From an uncultured Thermoplasmatales archaeon (GTDB taxonomy: Archaea > Thermoplasmatota > E2 > UBA202 > DSCA01): 54,505 bases of DNA. Position 1 is the stretch's first letter, and each line of letters opens with the position of its first letter. The translations under genes were made by a program, and so were the position numbers. The notes under the pieces are model-generated. The model did not search any database. It was not told where the DNA came from and was given only the letters and a program-made list of their open reading frames with translations. Positions 39,901 through 45,940 of the stretch are shown piece by piece. The stretch spans positions 1 to 54,505 of the forward strand of contig CAZESS010000016.1 of assembly GCA_964514975.1 (NCBI GenBank), read 5' to 3'.

Positions 39901-41829
39901 GTCCTGGTGCCATGGAGCCGCGTCTACGCGAACGACACCAGCGGCCTGCCCACCGGCATCACTGTCGACGGCGGCGCCGACGCAAACTACAACTGGATGC
40001 AGCTCAACATCCACCTCGGCGACCTCAACCCCGGCGACTTCAACTGCGGCAAATACGAGATACACTGGAAGGTCTACGACTACAACAACAGAACCATCGG
40101 CGAACGCAAGCAGGATGTCGCCATCGACTGCACCGACCCGCGCACCTCCAAGGAATTCGGCGAGCCAGTCGTCGAGCAGGAGATATCCGGCGGCGAGATC
40201 ATCCACTGGGTAAATCCCGCCACGACGAAGATATGGCTCAACGGCACCGAGGACTACCGCTGGGACAGCGGCGTCGCAGAGACCTGGTATCGCTTCTGGG
40301 AGGAACAGCCAATCCTGGTCTGGAAGCTCAACAATGCCACCTTCGAGCAGCCAAACTATCCAGGTGTCATGTCCGACAGCAAGCACTGGTTCACCATCGA
40401 CGAAGCAGCACAGATAATGGGCTACGCTGACGCCGAGGACTATTTCGCCAGCAACCCGAATGTCAACGAAAGCAGATGCATCGTCGAGCTATACCACTGG
40501 TCAAAGGACCGTGTCTGCCACGTGGAAGACGGCATGGAAACCAAGCAGCACATCTACGTCGACTTCCAGCCGCCGACCTCACACGTGGAAGAAATCGTGC
40601 CCTACCAGCGGGAGGACGTGCCCATCAACCTGACGGTCACCGACATCATGGACCACGGCTGCGAGGACTCCGGTCCCGTCGGCGTCTGCGAGGTCGAGCT
40701 CTACTACCGCCACAGCACCGACAACGAAACCTACGGCGACTGGTACCTCTACGACACCCTTGACGTGCCATGGGCCGACAGACACGACGTCCCCGACTGG
40801 GATGTTGACTTCGACGCGTCCGCAGGACCCGGCTGGTACCAGTTCAAATCAGTGGCATACGACTGCGTTGAAAACCAGGAGCAGCCACCGTTCGAGCAGG
40901 GAGAATACGACGCGGAATGCGTGCTTGTCGCAGACATGGAGCCACCGGTCATCGAAAAAGAGGACGGCCAGCCCATGGTCCAGCAGACGATCGGCGACGA
41001 GCCCATCTACGTGCTGACCTGGGACACACCCATCTATGTCAACGTCACCGACCAGCCCGACGCGGCCAATGCATCAGGTGTCAACGAGCTCAAGATAGCC
41101 TTCACCACACCCGGTGACACGCCGGGCTCTGGCGACTGGATACCCGTCGACATGTCAGAATGGGACATCATCGAGGCAGGCGACTCCGGCCACTACAAGA
41201 TCGGCTACACGTTCACGCCCGCCGAATACAGCAGCTATATCGACAACGAAACCATCTACCATCTGTATGTCTACGCCGCCGACATGTACGGCCACGAGGT
41301 CGACGAGAAGACCCAGAAGTTCATGATCGACGACACCGCCCCGACGACAACCATCGACGTCAACTGCACCGGCGACATGCCCTTTGACGTGGAAGCCACG
41401 GCGAGCGACGCCATCGTCGACGTCCAGGAGATAACGCTCTACTACCGCTACAGCCCCGACAACGAAACCAACTGGACGGCATGGACGGCATATGACACCA
41501 TCGCGGGCGACAGCCACACCTGGTCGTTCTCAACCGACGACGGCTACGGCTACTACCAGTTCTATGTGTACGCCGAAGACGAGCTCGGCAACCACAAGCC
41601 CATGCCAACAGATACCTACGAGGCCTGGTGCCACGTGCCGGCACCTCCCGAAGACCTCAACGGCGACGGACGGGTCAGCACCGCCGACATCCTACTGGTT
41701 CTCGACTACTGGGGCGAAACCGGAAGTCCGGGCTGGATACCCGAGGATCTCAGCGGTCCGGAAGGAACACCCGACGGAACGATAAACATCTTCGACGTGC
41801 TGGCCATTCTCGACGAATGGACAGGCTGA
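30991..41829 (+). CDS. 3612-aa giant acidic secreted protein: ~14 Ig-like stalk repeats, multiple inserted jelly-roll (cleaved-adhesin/immune-inhibitor-A-like) domains, C-terminal dockerin-like module
   Basis: Signal peptide (KKKGIAIVIAASLLAMAG); recurring D-x-x-x-P ... EC-x-H-x-x-Y repeats; WLISP/GWYLDD jelly-roll motifs; EDLNGDGRVSTADILLVLDYWG...EDLSGPEGTPDGTINIFDVLAILDEW. Alternative start 31021. Confidence 0.88.
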   Translation: MSKAPNGKDIMNKKKGIAIVIAASLLAMAGAFILSVDTEAGETTPLTITGYVYDTDGTTPVSGATVTIRDQDTGAWGTNTSNATGFFKVDMRTVPSDMPWSEWFIGDQLYGVATDGTMDGVNTTMTTDPNGLHWMNFTLGTPATTKTVGAPEHLKYNYDTGSANRGYLVSPEIHLGGPTATLSFYTWWQIESSNPVDNDLMNVYLSTTGGYLDGTEVNLTEQQDSINPGTNPAGGGPHSFLTPAGLNTMPGSWDSMTYDLTDWVGENVTIIFEFDTVDGVYNYWEGWYLDDIRIGSYGTFFDDVENGVGNWSYNGLWHIDDRRSYSASHAWYYGMEHSYVTEETLFNMAATGNYTNITYDIWYNQTGWQGPFNYTEPFNLTGECKHYIEFFADNASYNDEPLRNQTHYVDMSPPTSTMELGSPNATLEYEGENFSTIRTCTPMWINATDEVAGIEECASGVEWLNYTVWRNEVPNDYELIETVSIHDNDENDMDKRPGFISAELHFDEECFHEIKWDVEDYVGHRADQQSIDISVDGTAPTIEKTIGEPKYVGLGNYGAINWTWVNCSTNFTFHVTDSGCGGGIGVEEFGMKIYWNETRVPQGDVQDFTLIETIVVHDGGPQDLDGEENGEILYNYSFNQECFHEPEMWAVDEVGNEYKFKEKDMVDCTPPAIRKDVDKVVAYEQTEMNNASDIGYGGEWQRFQAPWSYMDAVQIHLCGTFYEGVTVQVYDNLSHNPLRTATLDIADVPVNESDYFCGWLQLHLDERLYTEHNASYWLHVTYGGTSGMVYWNASDNDPYPWGNGTIGGRPNWNDSRDYTFKIEYYPVVLDDMTPTLLDYMFAEYNETGDYDYLHESWVTTEAFFNLSSWDEGCMDGVGLDTLEYRVWWNGTWTEWMNYTEPFNFTEECVHYIEIRATDLLGNTRIVNQTHYVDDSPPELQVQYPDVHGFYKENDTGKQFVRANKTFYLNLTDMPEEPCAVGTKNFTFYWRYEYTNFTAPLIETHPADGGDNEYPGELVYAKGHWWWKLTQPEDRSIALNFTRECQHTIYYWYEASDWLDNEVETDVQEEVIYVDEHYPEMQKEHPDCYDTVNANDTIYVHPSEELGIDSPWTTPSYPNSWMSTADWTEFYPEHGREYLGVDDEPHFDGFISNGNDIVDDCDYIELYDVEYGVYRLYHVENLTVTLEIYNDTLDEVKYVDFVSYWDGYWPADSDFAEIESSPIGTLWKEMHADFGTMYNLTAYESQNGFSSATITLNNTATGEWHNWTVMDATWDLVLDPVPFIQKCAKIDLTANDTPQILKLVDQFQNEGARADELQLKDNIPYWPWDAQRFMVTENVTHINEIWLYLNWSGPSNVSIYLHNHTDPESFTPGQEIAQANATLTGADDGWVKFMFDDPVPVDSTTTYVIDAFRKPNSAQVQWIHSENSSYLNGYATISGEDVTDGDWKFSVVAYRENPCASGIEDIYYGYEFNGTYHPMDMEDNESTYGDIVNISKYYDDVEIEEEFGGRYLWYTYDPAKGVHFHEECIHWLYYWTKDNVCHHTDVHRQVYHVDEYNPVVYKEHPDHGYSAPVEISVEERFDNASDAYEGEFHVRNKWYSSSTYPDGWLRNPSGQNIYKDQSIDLTITNHDLNNDLTLTIRVEEVVGDEGITLENGSDVNQKTYTVFVPAGGSNVLTIPVYDYRIFLEWGVWHWEVVSMENITQYLRAGAKINLTADDPGYCASGVQGIYYRYEWNDTMYPQTSHPAAVDGSTLSGEPEIANYWWYLYNDSEDITFSEECVHDLYYFAKDRSCHNSTLHHQVYHVDDSAPVVEEELPDHGAIGNTTQSLWEGFYLPVGNGWATVNDTGSGSTHSYWDLHTDEPYFDYHDLTNAYKGDYDALAWTDTDGSADSWLISPKVAIPEDGNLSFWYATYRTSSYDASFKVAVNNVSTQTDTSAFTTVWDSGPFGDNTYRKTEIDLSAYAGQEVYIGFHCDYLEQNYWSSGLLIDDVWVGGIEHVDWKLDDDVESGQGGWTVDDLTVDGSMWRQVDRIPVYDTDPPQPSMWCGDPALDNGDYGLGQYGCNWDDVLMLTEPINMSDADPGDNVWLDFWFWLNSECCDDMFIVEVTNDSSDWANASIVYTWSGDFTSWQQEQILLSDFIGNDTVYIRFRFVSDDHPTADNGVFLDNVSVYNSTMDFIPIQTFDNPWNNWTAMMLETSKWHIVDTQSHSPDHSWWNGDDDTDMYLNCMNDALVSPVINLTGEAYEEAMLTFWHWRDMYTYDHGYVEIRECNGGTWSGWSTMETYSYQRGWVQEFVDITDEVGHPDQIQIRFRFYSNTDTVDPGWYLDDFRVELRNITGTNLTEDFEKTFPPTGWMEDGNYETSHYYGWNRYLGTDYSYAAVHAHNSYNQDEWLISPLIENLPKFSNLTFEHHRDGSATTRLYISTDNGSTWTHLETYTGTISGIVEDEDLWGYHGQDIRLAWRFTSPSGDGTSPYDDYWAIEWAEVTSIGFLREGAPINLQAYDRPVNSTCDAGVSAIYWRYSWDGDDDLGDGDAYVWGDDIPGIASSNEEIADYYWWKIMDNGEFDDDDRQGYIEVNISLEGECIHDVYYFAKDILCHSSELHEETYYVDGSAPDTYLNISWGSNGTHPWIPKNSGGRNGDGDGDRPTQGDGHEPMDYWYAPGEDKPDVICIQDDFHFYANHTHSGTEPCIYPYNHQNNTFFRWRWWNPETEKYEFWPSADNADAINGSTITVSENEDYIQWNDDSSFWIDKSVANWDTTWDDYIENYYGGYIQWMPYMYPDEEFFEQGCNHTLYYFSKDDLCNTEMPVEWDVGVDDEAPETEFDINVTTGCKYYDEADNTWYFQDCSWVNINATDMPNNTECRTGIWYMDYTIWKWNATQEDINIWKRTLPTPSNPTTVYVGTSPKGSMTDAIDNDDDGNLSYGDYVHIDFDSSVNLSDGWYYISWMNIDMPYTLTVRDIYSGAGGWDVLVPWSRVYANDTSGLPTGITVDGGADANYNWMQLNIHLGDLNPGDFNCGKYEIHWKVYDYNNRTIGERKQDVAIDCTDPRTSKEFGEPVVEQEISGGEIIHWVNPATTKIWLNGTEDYRWDSGVAETWYRFWEEQPILVWKLNNATFEQPNYPGVMSDSKHWFTIDEAAQIMGYADAEDYFASNPNVNESRCIVELYHWSKDRVCHVEDGMETKQHIYVDFQPPTSHVEEIVPYQREDVPINLTVTDIMDHGCEDSGPVGVCEVELYYRHSTDNETYGDWYLYDTLDVPWADRHDVPDWDVDFDASAGPGWYQFKSVAYDCVENQEQPPFEQGEYDAECVLVADMEPPVIEKEDGQPMVQQTIGDEPIYVLTWDTPIYVNVTDQPDAANASGVNELKIAFTTPGDTPGSGDWIPVDMSEWDIIEAGDSGHYKIGYTFTPAEYSSYIDNETIYHLYVYAADMYGHEVDEKTQKFMIDDTAPTTTIDVNCTGDMPFDVEATASDAIVDVQEITLYYRYSPDNETNWTAWTAYDTIAGDSHTWSFSTDDGYGYYQFYVYAEDELGNHKPMPTDTYEAWCHVPAPPEDLNGDGRVSTADILLVLDYWGETGSPGWIPEDLSGPEGTPDGTINIFDVLAILDEWTG

Positions 41830-41848
41830 AATATCTGAGGTGATAACC

Positions 41849-44800
41849 ATGAACGCTACAAGGAAAACAGTGATTGCGGCCCTCCTCCTCTCTTTCCTCT
41901 TTGCAGCAGCAGCCCCGGCCGTGCACTCGGAGAACGGAGCCATATCAGCCACGAATGCTTCCATGACCCTCATGCCCGAACAGGACGCCGTCTACAGCGG
42001 GGAAACGTTCAACGTGAGCGTGTGGATACAGGCCGACAACGTGAGCACCGCCCAGGCACGGATAGGATTCAACGAATCCATATTCCATGTCACCAATGTC
42101 GCCCTGGCAAACACGAGTCTCAACATGTTTCTGCAGCCAGGGGCAGGCATCAACAGCACCGGCATCGACAACGACAAGGGCATCGTGGGCGACATCGTCG
42201 GGTTTGCAACCCCGCCGGTAAACGCATCTGACGGGATGAAAATAGCGACCATCACCTTCGAGGTTATCGCACCTGGCGGGTACACCTCTCTGATACATTT
42301 CATAGAGGCGAACTCCGAAATAGACAGCTACGATGTGGACTACCATAATGCCACCATGAAGGCCAACCCGGTTGACGTCACCATCGAGCCGTCACATCGG
42401 CTCATCGGCAACACGGCCACCACATACAACGTCAACATAACCCCGAACGGAAACCAGATCAGAGCGATGAACTTTACGCCTGCATATGACCCGACATCCC
42501 TCGACATCACAGACGTGACAGCCGACGGTCTGTTCCCGATTGTTACATACAATGCGACCAAAAACGTCGTGTTAGCGTTCCATCCAACCAGCACGTTCAC
42601 CACAAATGGCACGGCAGCTATCATCCACTGCACGCCCCTGCAGAGCGGCATGAGCACCATAACCCTCACGGACTTCACCATCGTCGGAAACAATACCATG
42701 CTCCCCGTCAACCTGGAGCAGCCGGAGGCAACGCTTGAAGCAGACATCGACCCGCCCAATGTTACCATGGAGGTCGGGCAGCCACGCATGGACCCCATCG
42801 ACCTGACCAACAATACCTACGGCATCCGCGCACATCTCTATGAAAGCGGCGCCTTCACGATGTACACGGCGCCGGGCGACCTGTCGCTCCTGTACCCGGG
42901 TGAAACGGGCCACCAGACAATCAGGGTCGACGGCACCAACTACTCAACCATGGGCAACCTGAGCACCCATGTCACCACGCCGCTGACCCAGACAGGCCCC
43001 AACACAGCACATATCGAATACACCCTCCCGGAGAACATCAAGGTGCGGTTTGACTTCCAGCTCATACACAACGCCACCAAGTTCACCATCACCACCGAAA
43101 ACATGGACGACGAAGCACACCAGATAGGCGTGAAATGGTACTATGATACGCAGGTCGCAGACAACGACGGAGCACCCATCTACATCCCCGGCCAGGGCGT
43201 CCAGACCCATGAAAAAACCTACTACAACCCAGCCTTCGAATACTTCTCCGGGTATGACCAGCTCGTCGACCCCACGCTGGTGTCCACCGGATGGATATCA
43301 CCATCGAAGGGTGCCACCACGCCCGACGTGGTCATGCTCAGCTACTGGCCCGACTCAGCCGGACAGGAATGGTGGTACGAGACCGACCCCACGTATGATT
43401 TCACGTCCGACAGCGCCGTCGCCCTGTTCTGGAACGAGACCACCGTCGCGCCATCTGCATCACGAGACATCGTGACCTTCTACGGCATCGGGGAGCCCTT
43501 GGCAACCGGCAACTACAGCATCGTGGACATCTACCTCGATGACCCCACCGGCGAATACCAGGCCGGCGAAACGGCAACCATAAGCGTTGACACCGTGGCC
43601 GCCGGGCAGGCATTCTCCGGCTCCGTCCGCCTGATTGTATCCAATGATGGCACAGAATATTTCAACCAGAGCGCATCGGTATCCATGGACGCAGGTGGAA
43701 TCACCACCACGACATTCGACATGACGGTTCCGAGTCTCTCCGACGAATACCTGGATGTCACAGCGACACTGTACAACCAGACCATTCCCGACATCGACAG
43801 CAGAACAGAAGAAAACATCATGCATGTATCATCGGGTGCTGCCTCCGCTGTCACCGACATAGCTGCAGACAAGCCAACCTACACCGTCAACGAAACAGCG
43901 ACCATTAGCGTCGACGCAGAGGCAACGGGACAGGCTTTCACCGGCTCCGTCCGCCTCATCGTTTCCCACGACGGCACGGAATACCTGAACACCACCCATC
44001 CGGTGTCCATCAACGCCGGCGGTGTCAACACCACGACCTTCAGCCTTGACATCCCCGACCTCCCGGGACAATATCTCGATGCTCATGCAACACTGTACAA
44101 CGACACGGGCGCCGTTGCTGATACACGGATAGAGGACAATCTCCTGTTCATCAGCTCCTACCAGAAAACCTTCTACTACGTGACCAGTGGAACGCCGCTC
44201 TACATCAACGCCACCGATGCCCACAACTTCACCATCGACTACCGCATCTGGAACGGAACCTGGCATGCATACAACGCAACGGACAACGTCACCTTCGACC
44301 TGTCCGGCCATGTCACAGAGGGACAGAAGACCTATTACGTGGAATACACCGCGACAGACGAGTTTGGCAACACCGCGGCAACCGGCAACCAGACCCTGTA
44401 TCTCGATGACACCCCGCCCACGACCACCGCCACCAGGCATCCGGCGACGCCCGACGGCGACAACGGCTGGTACGTCAGCGACGTCATCGTCAACCTGACC
44501 GCAGATGACGGCGACGGAAGCGGCGTCAGCCGCACCTACTATTCCACCGGCAGCCAGTTCCCGCAGCCCTACGACGGCAACATCACCCTCGAGGCAGATG
44601 GCACGCACACCCTCACCTACTATTCCACTGACAACCTCGGGAACACCGAGGGCGACCAGCAGCTCACCGTCAACATCGACCAGACCAGGCCCGAAGTCGA
44701 CCTCACCGCAACCGGCACCCAGAACAACGGATGGTACACGTCCAGCGTCGACGTCACCCTCGAGGCCGATGATACGACATCCGGCGTGGCCGGCATCTGG

Positions 44801-45832
44801 TATCGCATTAACGATGGCGACTGGACAGCCTACGACGAGCCGTTCACCCTGTCAACCGACGGAACCCACACCATCGACTACTACGCGCACGACAGCGCCG
44901 GCAACAACGCATCGGGTAGCGCAACCATCAGGATAGACACCACGAATCCCTCGGCGTCGATATCGCTGTCAGGCCCCCAATCGGGCGGCGTATACACCGG
45001 CACGGTCACCATATCGCTGTCCGGCACCGACACAGGGTCCGGCATAGCGAGCCTGAAATACCGCGTCAACGGTGGCTCATGGAGCACCAGCGGCTCATCG
45101 ACCTCGTTCACCCAGACAGCCGACGGCAGCTACACCGTTGAATGCTACGCGGTCGACACCGCGGGCAACCAGGGCTCGACGACGAGCAGGTCGTTCGAGA
45201 TTCTCAAAAACCAGAAGCCAACAGCCGCCTTTTCCACCTCGCCCGACGACCCGACAGATGTTGACTCGATAACGTTCAACGCGTCCGCTTCAACCGACAG
45301 CGACGGCTCCATCGTCAGCTACACATGGGACTTCGGCGATGGTGATACCGGCACTGGAAAAACAGCCAGCCATACCTATGACGACAACGGCACCTACACC
45401 GTCACCCTGACCGTGACCGACGACAAGGGCGCAACCGATACCGCCACCAAGCAGCTCACCGTGGCCAACAGCCCGCCCGATGCGGTCATCCAGACCACTC
45501 CGACCGACAAGGCGAAGATAGACGAGGAGATAACGTTCACCTCGCTTTCCAGCGACGAAGGCGGAGAGATCGTCAACTACACATGGAACTTCGGTGACGG
45601 AAACATGAGCTACACGGAAAATGCGACTCACAGCTACGACGAGGCAGACGACTACACGGTCACCCTGACCGTAACCGACGATGACGGGGCCACGGACACC
45701 GCCCAGGTGACGCTCACCATAGAGGAGGAGCAGCCCGACTACCTGCTGCCAATCCTCGCGATCATCGTGCTGGTGATCATCGCGGTCATCGTGGTGCTCG
45801 TCTGGCGCCGCAGGAGCATGGGCAGCGAATAA
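41849..45832 (+). CDS. Membrane-anchored scaffoldin-like protein: two N-terminal cohesin-like modules, Ig repeats, two PKD domains, C-terminal TM helix
   Basis: RBS GAGGTGA within the 19-nt gap after the upstream stop; GETFNVSVWI..AQARIGFNESIFHVTNV..IATITFEVI and YNVNI..MNFTPAYDPTSLDITDV..GTAAIIHCTPLQSG; PKD YTWDFGDG/YTWNFGDG; LLPILAIIVLVIIAVIVVLVWRRR. Confidence 0.82.
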   Translation: MNATRKTVIAALLLSFLFAAAAPAVHSENGAISATNASMTLMPEQDAVYSGETFNVSVWIQADNVSTAQARIGFNESIFHVTNVALANTSLNMFLQPGAGINSTGIDNDKGIVGDIVGFATPPVNASDGMKIATITFEVIAPGGYTSLIHFIEANSEIDSYDVDYHNATMKANPVDVTIEPSHRLIGNTATTYNVNITPNGNQIRAMNFTPAYDPTSLDITDVTADGLFPIVTYNATKNVVLAFHPTSTFTTNGTAAIIHCTPLQSGMSTITLTDFTIVGNNTMLPVNLEQPEATLEADIDPPNVTMEVGQPRMDPIDLTNNTYGIRAHLYESGAFTMYTAPGDLSLLYPGETGHQTIRVDGTNYSTMGNLSTHVTTPLTQTGPNTAHIEYTLPENIKVRFDFQLIHNATKFTITTENMDDEAHQIGVKWYYDTQVADNDGAPIYIPGQGVQTHEKTYYNPAFEYFSGYDQLVDPTLVSTGWISPSKGATTPDVVMLSYWPDSAGQEWWYETDPTYDFTSDSAVALFWNETTVAPSASRDIVTFYGIGEPLATGNYSIVDIYLDDPTGEYQAGETATISVDTVAAGQAFSGSVRLIVSNDGTEYFNQSASVSMDAGGITTTTFDMTVPSLSDEYLDVTATLYNQTIPDIDSRTEENIMHVSSGAASAVTDIAADKPTYTVNETATISVDAEATGQAFTGSVRLIVSHDGTEYLNTTHPVSINAGGVNTTTFSLDIPDLPGQYLDAHATLYNDTGAVADTRIEDNLLFISSYQKTFYYVTSGTPLYINATDAHNFTIDYRIWNGTWHAYNATDNVTFDLSGHVTEGQKTYYVEYTATDEFGNTAATGNQTLYLDDTPPTTTATRHPATPDGDNGWYVSDVIVNLTADDGDGSGVSRTYYSTGSQFPQPYDGNITLEADGTHTLTYYSTDNLGNTEGDQQLTVNIDQTRPEVDLTATGTQNNGWYTSSVDVTLEADDTTSGVAGIWYRINDGDWTAYDEPFTLSTDGTHTIDYYAHDSAGNNASGSATIRIDTTNPSASISLSGPQSGGVYTGTVTISLSGTDTGSGIASLKYRVNGGSWSTSGSSTSFTQTADGSYTVECYAVDTAGNQGSTTSRSFEILKNQKPTAAFSTSPDDPTDVDSITFNASASTDSDGSIVSYTWDFGDGDTGTGKTASHTYDDNGTYTVTLTVTDDKGATDTATKQLTVANSPPDAVIQTTPTDKAKIDEEITFTSLSSDEGGEIVNYTWNFGDGNMSYTENATHSYDEADDYTVTLTVTDDDGATDTAQVTLTIEEEQPDYLLPILAIIVLVIIAVIVVLVWRRRSMGSE

Positions 45833-45874
45833 CCCTTTTTCCCCCTGTTTTTTCTCTTTTTACATTTTCTTTTC
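45833..45874 (+). terminator. Oligo-T terminator
   Basis: CCCTTTTTCCCCCTGTTTTTTCTCTTTTTACATTTTCTTTT after the stop. Confidence 0.65.
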
Positions 45875-45886
45875 GATTCAGTGAAA

Positions 45887-45894
45887 TTTAAATA
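45887..45894 (+). promoter_or_regulatory. TATA box
   Basis: GAAA-TTTAAATA upstream of ATG 45941. Confidence 0.55.
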
Positions 45895-45940
45895 GCGGTA
45901 TCCAATACAACGTATAACAACACACAGGGGGTTATCCACC

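Noticed and set aside
30991-41829. Immune inhibitor A (M6) metalloprotease call for the giant protein
   Set aside because: Only accessory jelly-roll domains are seen; no HExxH motif was found, and HEECIH belongs to the stalk repeat.
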